Shown: positions 12,878-25,680 of the stretch, piece by piece
Numbering within the stretch: position 1 is the first letter of the stretch
Layout: every line of letters begins with the position of its first letter
Origin: the human T2T-CHM13v2.0 reference genome, Homo sapiens
Direction: 5' to 3'
DNA length: 64,000 nt
NCBI GenBank assembly: GCA_009914755.4
Contig: CP086569.2
Span: 24,000,001 to 24,064,000 of the forward strand
Position numbers and translations under genes: made by a program
Notes under the pieces: model-generated
The model's input: only the letters and a program-made list of their open reading frames with translations
What the model was told of the DNA's origin: nothing
Databases searched by the model: none

Positions 12878-13617
12878 AAACAAAAATCATTCAAATATTC
12901 CTTCACATTTTCAAAAACACATGAGATAACACAACATTGAAGTACATACGCTGGTTCCTTTAATTTGTTATTACAATAAAAGAAACAGAATGGAAAAAAG
13001 AATTACTTCAAGTTTCTAATCCCTGACGTTCTTGTTGTTACTTTTATATGTAAAACCTCAACTTTTTCCCAATTTTCTGGGGTTGGTATTGTGGAAATCT
13101 CAAGGATATTAGTTCTTTGAATGTATTACCATAGATATGATCATGGGTCATATATACAGTCATATCTATGAAAAGAGACACAGAGGACTACTATTGTGAA
13201 GCAGCCAGCTAAAATAAAAATATAATTCAAATTCTGTGCTCTAAAAAGTGGGTAATAATTTTATTTCACTCTGTCTCTCTAAAAAACTGATAAAAGTCAG
13301 TCTGGATGTTTCGGCTATTTGACGGCAAAGATTTAAAAAAAAAAAAAAAAAAAAAAAACATGCTACAATATAGAAGGGGACACCAAATCTCAAAAACCTA
13401 TTCTACAGTAAAGTTTTTGCTAAGTACATTCCTGTCAAAATATTACTCAATTACTTCTAAATAATACAGAGGCCTTCATTCTAGACTAATTTGAAGTGTT
13501 GTCTTAAATTTTAGGTACATTTCACTTCTTTAAAATGGCAAACTATTCAAGCAATTTGTATAAACAAAGGGCTCAATAATATCTGAAAGTAAATCATTTT
13601 ACTCCCTCTTAAATTAC

Positions 13618-13689
13618 CTGATAATTATATACAGGCAAATGATATCTAGTGATGCCGTGAACTGCTGAATTTGGGTGAGTAGTGTGTGC
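13618..13689 (-). pseudogene. DAZ: Degenerate exon-7-like element with intact AG/GT and an open 24-codon frame (AHTTHPNSAVHGITRYHLPVYNYQ); probable pseudo-exon or cryptic exon
   Basis: Minus strand: tttatttatag|GCACACACTACTCACCCAAATTCAGCAGTTCACGGCATCACTAGATATCATTTGCCTGTATATAATTATCAG|gtaattt. It is 72 nt with no stop codon, but the polypyrimidine tract is weak (tttatttatag). Confidence 0.5.
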
Positions 13690-14897
13690 CTATAAATAAA
13701 GTTTACAGTAAGAATGAATGAATACGGTAAAACATTTTGTTAATTAGAAATATTATTCCCAATATAAAAAACTATGAAAAAGTTTTAAAACATTACTTTT
13801 CTATATACAGCACTGCAGAATTCTAAATGAGTGACTGATTTTATGAAGAAGAAATATTCTGTCAAGTGAGGCCCTTTGGCTGGGGAAGGGGAACAGACAA
13901 ATGACAAAAGAAGGGACTATTTCACCAGACAAGTTTACCTTATTTATACTGTGTACTTACGCCCGCCCAGAAGTTATTTCTTACGCTGGTGATAAGGCTC
14001 TATTAAGACAGACTTCAATTGTAAGTTAAATTAATCCATTTGCTATTTCTTTGTTAAAATACTTCTAAAGGGTTTTCTATTTGACAATATTATAGGGTAA
14101 TACGACGTTCTCCTACAAATGTTACGGCTTTTTCTGTACTTCATTTCAAAAAACTAAGGGCAGTATATGATCCACAGCTGGAAAAGAGACAGTATGGTGT
14201 CTTCTACGTTTCAATAAATACTTACTGATTGAAAACTATACGTAGCATCACACATGAATACACCCAGATTACGTAATGGCTCACCGTAAATGTGAGAAAC
14301 AGGGCTTTTTTGCTAGCCATCGTTCAGAGGACAAAAAAGAAGCAGAGGTATACCCTACCTGTTTCAAGCACATGGAAAACGTCAACAAACGAGAGACACT
14401 GAAGAACTATTTCACCACTATTTTGTTACTTTATTTTCCATCAAAGAAAATGTCTTTTAAACTAAGACATCAATAAAACAAACTAAAAAGAAAATAAACA
14501 TTACTTATCCCCAGTAAGTGACAGAGTATGTCAAATCCTACTTTAAATATCAAGGTAACCAGCATCAGAGAAATCACATGCCCGAAACTCACGGGATTTA
14601 TAAATATAGGAAAACACATCAGAAATCTACCCATTCCAGAACCAGAATATATCCAGAAGTCAGCAATCTATATGAGGAGACATCTGGAAATCATTGCAAG
14701 TAAAGAACAGCTGGATGAATTGCTAACCTTCGGGAAGAATAAACTAGGCAGACACACGAAGACAGCTGCTTTCAAATATTTTCGGAACTAGTTATGTGGG
14801 GGGAAAGCAGTTCGGGTGTTTTAGAGGTAATACTCTTTTTTCTTCCTACTCTTATTTAAGAGTAATTAATAGCAAAACATTTCTGTTTCTCTTGAAC

Positions 14898-14899
<2 letters not shown>

Positions 14900-14936
<37 letters not shown>

Positions 14937-14944
14937 GGAGGGTA
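14900..14944. repeat. Poly(T) tract of about 45 nt (only in segment D)
   Basis: cact followed by about 45 T then acggagggtaaagcc. Confidence 0.9.
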
Positions 14945-16060
14945 AAGCCAGAGGCAGATTCCAGGCAGATACATGCTCATTCTAAAGCCACTATTAATAC
15001 TACCTTTCATGGAGTGTATAGTCTATCAAAAAGTTACTGAATTCTTTCTTATCATCATGTGTACGAGCCATTCCTTAAGCACGCAAAAACCTGACAGAGA
15101 AAAAGGCACTGTTGCTCCCATAGGAGTTTAAAATTGGGTTAAAAAGAAAGTAACAAAATGTGCCACATTAATACAAAGAACGATTTAAAAAATTTATAGG
15201 CATATATGACACAGAAAAAAAAGAAAGAACAGGGAGTATAGGTTCGGCGCATTCACTTTATCTGAAGTACAGCATAACTCCTTTGCTCCCCAACAGGCCA
15301 CTGCGGTGGCAACTTGAAAAAAAAAAAAAAAAAGGAAACCAATATTATTCAAATATTCCTGTACTTTTTCAAAAACACATGAGATACACAATACTGAAGT
15401 ACTTCTCATGCTGGCTCCTTGGTTAATATAACGAAAGAAACAGAATAGAAAAAAAGAAGTACTTTAGGTTTCTAATCCCTGAAGTTCTTGTTGCTCCTTC
15501 TACATAGAAAACCTCACCTTTTTCCCAATTTTCTGCAAATGGCATTGTGGAACTCTCAAAGATACTAATTCTTTGAATTTGTTACCACAGATACGATTAT
15601 CGGTCATAGATATACTCGTATCGTTGAAAAGAGACCCAGAGAAGTCTTTATCATGAAGCAGCAAGCTAAAATAAAAACACAATTGGAATTCTGCGCTCTA
15701 AGAATTGGGTAAAGCTTTTATTTCACTCTGTATCTCTACAAAATTCACGAAAGACAGTCTGCCATGTTTCAGCTCTTTGACAGCAAAGATAACAAAATTC
15801 ATGCTGAAACCAAGACAGGAACACCAAATCTCAGAAACTGTTCTGCAGAAAAGTTACTGCTAAGTACCCTCCTGTCAAAATATTATTTCATCACTTCTAC
15901 ATACTACAGAGGTCTTCATTACACTAATTCTAAGTGTTTTCTTAAATTTTAGGTACAGTTCACTAGTCTAAAAGGACAAACTATTCAGGCAATTTGTATA
16001 AACAAGTTGAAGGCCTCAGTAGTAGCTGAAAGTAAATCATTTTACTCCCTCTTCAATCAC

Positions 16061-16132
16061 CTGATAATTATACACAGGCAACTGATACCCAGTGATGACC
16101 TGACCTGGTGAGTTTGGATAAGGAGAATAAGC
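16061..16132 (-). pseudogene. DAZ: Pseudo-exon 7 (psi7) in the intron between the two RRM exon sets; 3' splice acceptor destroyed
   Basis: Homologous, at offset 10850 minus 4, to the functional exon 5215..5286. Here the plus strand reads ggagaataagc|cg|agaataaag where copy A has gcagagtaagc|ctg|aaaataaag. The acceptor cag is lost by a 1-bp deletion, and the donor is weakened from gtaattg to gtgattg. Confidence 0.75.
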
Positions 16133-17536
16133 CGAGAATAAAGTTTACAGAAGGAATGGATTAATACGGTAAAATGTGTTTTTTTTTTTAACTAGAAAGA
16201 AATACCATTCCCAAAATAACAAAAATACGAAAAACCTTGAAATGGTAATTATTTTTCTACATACAGAAATACAGATTTCTAAATGAATGACTGACATGAA
16301 GAAACAAATATTCTCTGTCAAGTGCTACCCTTTGGGCGGGGAGGGGGAAGAGACAAATGACAAAACAAGTGACTGTTGCACCGGCCAAAGTCTACCATAT
16401 TTATACTGTGTACTTATGCCCACCCAGAAGTTATTTCTTACGCTGCTGATAAGGCTCTATTAAGATAGATTTCAACGTAAGTTAAAATAATACATTTGCT
16501 CTTTCTTTGGCAAAATACTTCTAGACTGTTTGCTATCTGATGATATTATAGGGTAATACTGTAGTTCTTCGGCAGATGTTACGGCTTTCTCTGTACTTCT
16601 TTTCCACAAATTAAGGGCAGTAAGTAAGCCACAGCTGGAAAAGAGACAGTATAATGTCTTCTACTTTTCAATAAATACTTACTGATTAAAAACATACAGG
16701 TAGCATCATTCATCAATACACCCACATTCAGTAATGGCTCACAGTAAATGCTACAAACAAGTAGGGCTTTTCTTCTAGCCATTGCTCAGAGAAGGAAAAA
16801 GAAGAAGAGGTGTACCCCACACGTTTCAAGTACATGGAAAATGTCAACAAATGAGAGACACTGAAGAACTAATTCACTACTATTTGGTTACTTTATTTTC
16901 CATCGAAGAAAACCTCTTTTTAAAAACTAACACATAAATAAAATGAACGAAGAACAAACTAAACGTTATTTATCACCAGTAAGTGACAAGAGTATGTCAA
17001 ATCCTACTTTAAATATCAAAGCAACCAGCATCAGAGAAATTACGTGCCAGAAACTCACGGGATTTCTAGATAGAGCAAAAGAGATCAGAAATCTACCCAT
17101 CCCAGAACCAGAATATACCCAGAAGTCAAGCAATTTATATGAGGAGGCATCTGGAAATCACTGCAAGTAAAGAATAGCTAGGTTAACTGCTAACCTTAGA
17201 GAACAATAAACTAGGCAGACACATAAGGAGGGCTGCTTCCAAATACTTTAGGAACTAGTTATATGAGGTGAAAGAGGCAGAGATAGGAAGAGATTTGTTC
17301 ATGTGTCTACAGAGGTCATTTCTAAGAGAAAGCTTCGCCAAGTATACAGAAGATTCTTAGCTCAAATGACGAACACGAAGAATAAGAAATTTCTAACAAA
17401 AGTAACAGATTTCCCGTTACTCACACTGTTCAAACAGGGATTCTATTGCCACTTACTATGGAAAGTGTAGATACAATTCCACAGAGGGAAGGATGACTAG
17501 AATAAACAAGAGAACAGGAACATAAGCAGTTCTTAC

Positions 17537-17676
17537 CTGAACGTGCTGAGTTACAGGATTCGGCGTGATTTGGGGCTGCAGGTAGGTTTCAGTGTTTGGA
17601 TTCCGCCAGACGTTCTGAAACTGTGGTGGAGGAGGAGGATTAACTACCAAAGGACGTGGCTGCACATGACGAGCAC
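17537..17676 (-). CDS. DAZ: DAZ exon 6, unit B
   Basis: Read directly: cttacCTGAACGTGCTGAG at 17531 onward. Encodes (C)ARHVQPRPLVVNPPPPPQFQNVWRNPNTETYLQPQITPNPVTQHVQ and lies inside ORF 17456..17665-. Confidence 0.85.
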
Positions 17677-17765
17677 CTTTTTAAAAAGCAAGAAGAAAAA
17701 AGCCTATTTTTAGTTATTTGAAAAGCTACACGGGTCAGAAAAGAACCATTTCTTTTCCTACTCAC

Positions 17766-17829
17766 ATAACTTTTGTTTCCTGATTGCAGGGCCCAGCTTC
17801 AGCTTTTTACCATGGAAATGTATCTGTGA
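17766..17829 (-). CDS. DAZ: DAZ exon 5, unit B
   Basis: Mirror of 55101..55164; encodes SQIHFHGKKLKLGPAIRKQKL. Confidence 0.85.
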
Positions 17830-18265
17830 CTGAAAATAGAACCGTTAACAAAACTAGAATCAATTTTCAAGTGTTAGCTTCCAAGACTTGGGTAAACACC
17901 TGAAGTCTTCTAAAGTACCTATCATCATAGAAGATCGGGGACAACTACGCACCAAATTAAAATTTGTCATCACGAAGCTACCTTACTTACCCTTACTACT
18001 CTAATCAGTGTCAAGAGGCATCAAGTGAAAGTTGATCAAAAACTTTCCATCACCCTGTCTCCAACCCTTCCTGTCTGTAGTTCATGAAACTAGGTGTCCA
18101 GTCAAAAATAAACAGGATCAAACAAGCTACGTGAGGTTACTCTGAGTTTGGATTTTGAACAGGAAGTGTGTCTTTCCCCAAATTTTACACAAGTCCGAGT
18201 GTATCACTGACACTAAACGTTGTAGCAATAAGATAAATAAGAGATTTTTCTATTAGATTACTTAC

Positions 18266-18317
18266 TCCTACTATCTTCTGGACATCCACGTCATTAACAA
18301 ACGAAACAAATCCATAG
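18266..18317 (-). CDS. DAZ: DAZ exon 4, unit B
   Basis: Mirror of 54613..54664; encodes (G)YGFVSFVNDVDVQKIVG (RNP1-like KGYGFVSF spans exons 3/4). Confidence 0.85.
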
Positions 18318-18877
18318 CTATAAAGGCAGACAAATGAAGCATAAAATCACCATCATACAGTACGTGGTTCAGAAGGTCTACTATTCTATATACAGAAGTG
18401 ATCATGACAAAAGACGAATAATATACCATGATAAGTATTTGCTAAGATGTACATGACAGATCCTCTACAAATACCACTTTTTCTTAAGCAGAACTATGTC
18501 AAAATGTGCTAGGATTAGGGCAGTGTGACAACTTTATTGATTAGCAAAGAATTCATATCTGTGAACCTGAGTTTAACTTACTGTCTAAGACAAGGTGGTT
18601 AAAATTTAAGATGCTCTGCAGTGTATGAAGAAAACAATTATTTGAGAAAACTGATTAACTCATCTGTATGAAATAGAAACTGGAGACATTTAAATACAAA
18701 CATTAGAAAAATGGTCAAATAGAAGAACTGGTAATAGCCTTTTATCCCCTACGTGAAAGAAATTAACACTGCAGAATATTGCATTTATACAAGGGTCAGA
18801 ATATCAGTTTTGAAGTCTTGTCTGATACTTATAGAATAGGTGACTGGAGTTCACATATTTTTGATAAAATTACTCAC

Positions 18878-18969
18878 CCTTTGGACACACCAGTTCGATT
18901 CGTGATTATCTTCACTTCTTTCACTGAACCGTATCTACCAAAGCAGCTTCCAATCTCAGTTTCATCCAT
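18878..18969 (-). CDS. DAZ: DAZ exon 3, unit B
   Basis: Mirror of 53961..54052; encodes MDETEIGSCFGRYGSVKEVKIITNRTGVSKG (split codon). Confidence 0.85.
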
Positions 18970-19243
18970 CTATGGAAAAGAACTGAACGTCAGAGTAAAA
19001 ATTCAGCATTCAAAAATTTCAACTTTACTACAATTTTACTACCATGAGGTGGAAATTTCTCCCCCATTTATCCCCGAATGACCAGCAGCCCTTTGTCAAA
19101 GATATTTTTAGTACCTATGGGTCAAACCTAAAAGCAATTCTAAACCTCCAGGAAGTACAAAAAAAAATTTAAGTTTGTAACAGGGCCCACATCCCATTGT
19201 TCATGATGTATGTTAAGGTAAAAATGAGGTACGAATACAATAC

Positions 19244-19390
19244 CCTAGCATCAATTCCACCAACAAAAACAGTGTTTGGCACGATTTTGCCTTCTGGTAA
19301 CACCCAGCCTTGGCTAGCTGCAGCTGATGAAGACTGGGTGCTGGCCTCTCTGGAGATGGTTGAGTTTGGAGTCTCAGGATTTGCAGCAGA
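19244..19390 (-). CDS. DAZ: DAZ exon 2, proximal unit B
   Basis: Mirror (sum 72930) of right 53540..53686. Translates to SAANPETPNSTISREASTQSSSAAASQGWVLPEGKIVPNTVFVGGIDAR (RNP2-like VFVGGI) and lies inside ORF 19213..19440-. Confidence 0.85.
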
Positions 19391-19796
19391 CTGTAATTTG
19401 GAAAGTAGACATCATAATTACGTATGCAGGCAAAACCCATACATAATGTGAAATACCATTTTTGTATTTTAAGTATATTTTACATAAATTACTTTCATTG
19501 TAATTCAGTCACCAGTGCAGCTCAGTTCAGGCTCAGGATTTAAACTTATCAGAGTACATCAGCATGGAATTTTAACCGAAGGATACAGTACTTTCTTAAA
19601 CCTAGTGCCGCTCATCACCGAGTCTTGTATAATGCTGTGGAAGAATACCCATTTAGTATTTGTGAAAGTACTACGTGAAGTAGTTAAAAAAGACACCCAA
19701 AACTAGAGAGTTTAGATTTGTAAAAATTAAAGTTATTAAAATCATCCTGTTCTATATTCATAAACAACTTTTCACTTTACTGAGTAGACTAAAGAT

Positions 19797-19827
<31 letters not shown>

Positions 19828-22118
19828 GCCCCACCAAAAAGAAAATAAGCCTCAACGTTTTAAACCAATTTGTTACAATCCTCTTCCCTAACGCTAGGGT
19901 GTTCAAAGCATCTTTTGAAATAACATTTTTCTTCCTGAGTAACACGGAATCAGTCTGACTGATAATTCTGATTTTCACAGTGGGCTGATAGATATAAATG
20001 ATACCATCTTTATTTTCAGATAAAAAAACACATACATATAACTCACTAATTTTCTAGATTCTGATCAGAACTGTCTTTATTCTTTCCACAGCAGACTCTA
20101 AGGTTAATGTAAAATTTTCTGAAGTAGTATTCATAAGTAATATATACGTTGGAGAAACAATATAGCATAGTGAAACAAAAATTAATTCAGTCAGGAGATC
20201 TAGGTTTATGTCCCTTACAGGTAAGTGGTTATAAGCCACCTACTTGCCAGCTATGTATCTGTGGGCAAAGTGCTTTGAGAATGACATGAGATCACATCTG
20301 TGAATTCATTTTGTACGTATAAAGTGGTACAAGTGGTGTGCCAATGTAAGTTAGTGTCCTGTTATTTGAATTTATTTTCAGCCGATTTGTTTTCAAGTTT
20401 CTTTTTTGGCTTCACTATTTAGCTGACTTATTTTGAAAAAAATTTTAATTAAGAACTAATTGACACATCAGGAAACTATGACACATCATTAATTTAAAAA
20501 TCATTGGTGAAGTGCTGTTGACTTCACAAATGTCAGTACAAAATGCTGCAAAAGAGAAAGCTATTACACATATACCTGTCTGAAAGAAAACAAAAGACAA
20601 AAGAAACTGCGTTATCTTTTAGAACACAGTAATGTTACAGAAGTTAATAAGAAAGGAGGGTTCCTGCTTTGTTAATTAGAGCCTAGAAGTTACTGATTCT
20701 ACACAGCTTTACTAGAGATCAAATCTAAATTGTCAAATCAACTAAAGCCGAGGTTACTGCATTTCTCTATTCTTTCGTGCTTGTACTTGCTATTTTGGGT
20801 TTGTAACTAATTCCTAATTCTTTCCTTTAACAGCGTTATTTCATGACAATGATGTGAAAGAAAAATTTAAAACACTGTTTTTAAAGTTCTTCCTTTCAAA
20901 AATGTCTCACATTATTGTTTTTTCCAAATGACATTAAGCTGCACTACCTTGAACTACTGGGAACCTGATTAGATCTCCCTTCCCTATAGACAATTTACCA
21001 ATTCCTTCTCAGTTCATTCAGAAATCCCAAACAGAATAAAACAAAACAAAACAAATTCTGAAATTCTTGTAGTTTCTTTTTCTCCTTTCCAATTCCTCCT
21101 TGATTTGTGGATGAACTTTGGGTACGTGTTTCCTTGATAAACAAGCTATATTACAGTATCGTCTCTGCACCATAGTGTTTGGATGTATTTTAATTTAGAA
21201 ATGTAACATCTGGCAGAAAACTGTGTCAGACTACGAGAGGTTATGGAAATGCACTGATTCTCAACTGGGCAAGATTTTTGAGCCCCAGGGGCATTTAGCG
21301 ACGTTTAGAGATTGGCTGTCACAACTGAGATGTATTCCTGGAATCTGATGGGCCGAAGGCCAGGCACACTACTGCGCATCCTACAGTGTAAAGACAGCCT
21401 CCTACCATAAGGAAGTATTTGGTGCACAATTTGAAAAGGGTCTGGTTAAGAAACCTTGTCACCGTGCCACAAGAATTGAAGAGGAAAATTCTTCTTTGGG
21501 AAGAACCTGATTTCCATCGCTCACTAAAGTGAATCTTTTCATGACCTCGGTTTCAGTTTCCTTGCTTGAAAACGAATGGCCGGAAAAGACCTCGGGTGTC
21601 TCTTCTGATTCTCATACTCATTTGGATACTCGAAATAACCGTAGTTTGGTAAAGAAGAAAAAAGGCATTTGATATTATTAAGAAGTTTGACTTTAGCTTG
21701 GATCTTACAAACCGGCTGCCTGCTTAACTGGAATCGTACATATAAAATTCACTGAATCTCTCTAATAGCGTCATAATACTTTAAATGAAGGAAGTAATGA
21801 TCATGTCCTAGTCCTCAGCCAGCAGGTGGCGCTCAAAGCTAACAAGGTAAGCAATGTACCTCGTTTTCTGCAACGTACTTCACTTTTACCATGGCTCGAG
21901 TAGCAGGGATTGTTCAATTCCGACTGTGTACTTATACATAATTATATAATGTATATATAAAAATCCACAATCAACAGACAAACTTTGGTTAGTTTTAAAC
22001 TACGGCCAAAAATATAAATGAATGCTTCGGATAAGCAAAAGTTTAGTTTGAAAGAAAGTACCATCGTAACCGTCAATGGCATCCTGAAAACAAACTGCAT
22101 TAAAGAAGTAATTTTCTT

Positions 22119-22458
<340 letters not shown>

Positions 22459-24113
22459 AAGAAGTAATTTTCTTAACCGTATCTTCAAGTGAGTTGTTGA
22501 ATTTTCAAATGAGAAATGTTGCAATAGTAAACAGGGGTGAGCTTCAAGACCGTCATAATCACAACTCTCATTGCTATTTCTAGCAAACATATTCCTTGTT
22601 ATATGCGGACAATCAAGTGACAAAGACAGCTAAAAGCTGGAAAAAATTATCATTAAACTCCTGCCATGTCAGCTCCTCTGCCAGTATTATCTAATGCAAT
22701 TACTATGTGAACATGTAAGCAAATTGTTATTTACATAAACTGGCCAGGAAAAAGCCTATCATTTGTAGTCATCAAAGTTACATTCACAGCAATAGGAAGA
22801 GGAGCAAATAAAGAGAATGCTAAAATTAAGAAAATATGACGTGAAAATCAGAAGTTAATCCAAGAACAGAGTCCCGGGGAGTGGTGGGTGGCAAGGATGA
22901 AATTCAAGCAATACACAATCCTTGCAAAACTAAGCAAGAAAAAGCAAAAATATATGAGACCTGAAAAATGGGTTGTGGCCCGTGGTTATAAAAGAATGTT
23001 ATGCTCAAACTCTATAGGAATAAATTTTGAAATCAACGACATGGTCAACTTGTACAGAAATTTTAATTCTTCCCAAACAATCTTGAAAAAGAACACCCAA
23101 TGGTATTTGGCTTAGTTTCCCTGGGAGTTTTTTCAACTTGTAAAGAAACATGTAACTTGGGTGTATGTGGTGTGTCACAGAGAGGTGCACACAGACGCCA
23201 GAAACCTGAAGTAAAGATAGAAGAAGAGATTAAGAAATGTAAACTCTTTTCTTCAATTTTCAAAGAGGAAAAAAGTACTTCTCAATGCATTTTACAAAGG
23301 TTAACAACACATAAGCAACAAAGCCTCATCAAGATGGTCCAACCCTCTCCTCAACACAAATGCAAAATTCCAGTAGGAAAGAATATAGTTTATATTGGCA
23401 ATGCAAGAATACTGCATTCGCAGGATACGTTACTTTAATTCATCATTGAAAAAGTATTTAATAAAATACAGCATTCATTTTTAAATTTTTTAAAAACCTA
23501 AGTAAAATAGAAATAGAGGATTCTTGCTTTCTATCAATCTAATTCTACCCTATCATGAAGCTTACAGTGAAATACTAGAGCCATCTCCACTGAAAATAGG
23601 AATAAGGTAAGGGCACCATGGCACCTCATCATTACTACTATATATATTTTCCCACTATGTATGACAAATGCGAATATTAATACAGGGTTTTTATGAGTCA
23701 GTAAGAAAAATAAAATTAAAAAAGGAAATTTAAAAAGCTAATGATCAATGCTCAACTTCACTGATGATTCAAAAAAGTGCACATCAACATAGTGTAACAT
23801 TATCCAGCTATTAGGCTGACGATGTACAAAATCCTAATACCGTTCATTAGAAAGGGTGTGCAACAGAGATCACTCTACACACCATCAGTGGGAAAATACT
23901 GATACATGCTTTACCAAGAGCACCTTGGAAAAGGTGTATCATAATTTGACAGGGGGATACTCACCACTATACTAATGAGGAGCATAATTTAAAATTGTTA
24001 TGAAAGGGCAAAAGCACTTCCACCCAGCAATGCCACTTACAGCAATTAATCTCAAGGAATTAATAATTAAGTACAAGTGTGCCAAGATATTTACACAAGG
24101 ACATTCATGGCAT

Positions 24114-24412
24114 TTTTTAAATTTTGTTTTGAGACTGAGTCTCCCTTTGTTGCCTAGGCTGGACTGCAGTGGCACCATCTCAGCTCACTGCAACCTGCTT
24201 CCCAGGTTCAAATGATTCTCCTGCCTCAGCCTCCCGAGTAGCTGGGATTACAAGTGCACGCCACCACGCCTGGCTAATTTTTCGTATTTTTAGTAGAGAT
24301 GGGGTTTCACTATGTTAATCGGGCTGCTCTCGAAATCCTGACCTCAAGTGATCCGCCCGCCTCAGTCTCCCAAAGTGTTGGGATTACAGGCGTGAGCCAC
24401 CGCGCCCAGCCC
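24114..24412 (-). mobile_element. Full-length antisense Alu in DAZ intron 1 (left)
   Basis: ttttgagactgagtctccctttgttgcctaggctggactgcagtggc...gtgagccaccgcgcccagccc. Confidence 0.9.
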
Positions 24413-25589
24413 ATGATAGTTTTAATACTGAAAAAGTATTCATCATAAGGGAATTCAGTAAAACAACAGTACAATTTTTAACATGATATACTGAAAATTA
24501 AAGTTATCTTCAGAATAATACCCACATTAATTGAAAGCTGCCAGTTGTAAAATAGTATTAAGCAGCACTATGTAACTTTTGTAAAAGCTGGCCTATCTAT
24601 ATGCAATTGCAATACATGCATAAAAATAAGTTGGAAAGGCATTCATGTATCAAAACTTAACTGTGGTTTTATGTGTTGGTATTAACATGGACTGCTATTT
24701 TCTTAGTGTGATTGTTTTCAAATGAGTAAATATACTACACTACTTTTATAATCAGGAAAAAAACCTAATGAAACGATAAGCATTTCTTCCCTCTACCTCT
24801 AAAAATGAAAAGTATTATTGTAAATAATTATAACTTATAACTCAAGGTGATTTTTTCATTAGCATGGGTAACATGTTGCACACTTATTACACATTATAGT
24901 TGCTTATGTATTTTTAATGTTTATACATGGTAATATAAACCGTGTATAAAACTCCTCCTTTTATTTCCAAAAACGAAAAGACAAAATTATCAATGCAGAT
25001 ACGCACACAGCATGTAACACGCGTGTTTGTGACTCAGTGTTTGGTCAGCGTATTCAGAGCCACATCTGTGATGGCGCTCAATGAACGCTGGGCATTTACC
25101 AAACTCACAGAAATGCACACCCAACATTATCTACCAATTGGACATTTAGTCAAAGTTTCCTGGTTTATCTACGGGGGAAAGATTGTGCCTGGAGTTTAAA
25201 AATTCTAAAATTCTCAATGGTAACTGCCGAAGCCAACCTCTTGCCACAAAGATGGCGTCGAGTGAGCTTTTGTGCCTGTCGCCGCCGCAGTAGGGAGCCG
25301 CCATCAGCCAGCCGCCATCAGCCAAGCCCCCAGCAGCTGCTAGCCGCGAAAGGATCAGAGGCACTTCCCACCCAGCCCCCTCAGCTAGTGGGCCGCGCCT
25401 TCAGGCCGCCCCACCCGCCACACTCAGGCCCCCACAAACCCCACCAACCCACCCCACCCAGTAGTACAAGGACCAGGAGGGAACCACTTCCTGAAGAAGT
25501 TCCGGCCCTCCCAATCCAAGGAGGCAAGTCTCTCAGCAGGCCCGCCGCCATCTTGCGGAGCCACCAGGAGAGCGTCAGAAGTGAAGTTG

Positions 25590-25680
25590 GCGGGGTGGGG
25601 GCGCGTGGGAGTGGGGGAAGGGGGAAAGGGCGCCTAGGAGTGGGGGTGGGGACGCGTGGGGGTGGGGAACCCGCACCCCA
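25590..25680 (+). promoter_or_regulatory. Cluster of G4-capable G-runs (GGGG x7 or more) in the CpG island just downstream of exon 1; mirrored C-rich at about 47250..47340
   Basis: ggcggggtgggggcgcgtgggagtgggggaagggggaaagggcgcctaggagtgggggtggggacgcgtgggggtgggg. Confidence 0.5.

Larger units (their letters stand above)
11340..16139 (-). repeat. Diverged segment D of the distal tandem unit
   Basis: 11340-12877 is ~86% identical to intron-1 sequence 22548-24290 (about 30 differences in the 220 bp I counted at 12330 vs 23740). 12878-16139 is ~85-90% similar to the 2.4-kb DAZ repeat units. It has no identical partner on the right arm. Confidence 0.7.

Noticed and set aside
23100-23438. 112-aa ORF in intron 1 (mirrored at 49492..49830 with one amino-acid difference)
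   Set aside because: The only difference between arms is a single SNV that changes all three overlapping frames equally (no synonymous bias). The ORF is A/T-rich low-complexity with no homology recognised. It is an intronic chance ORF.
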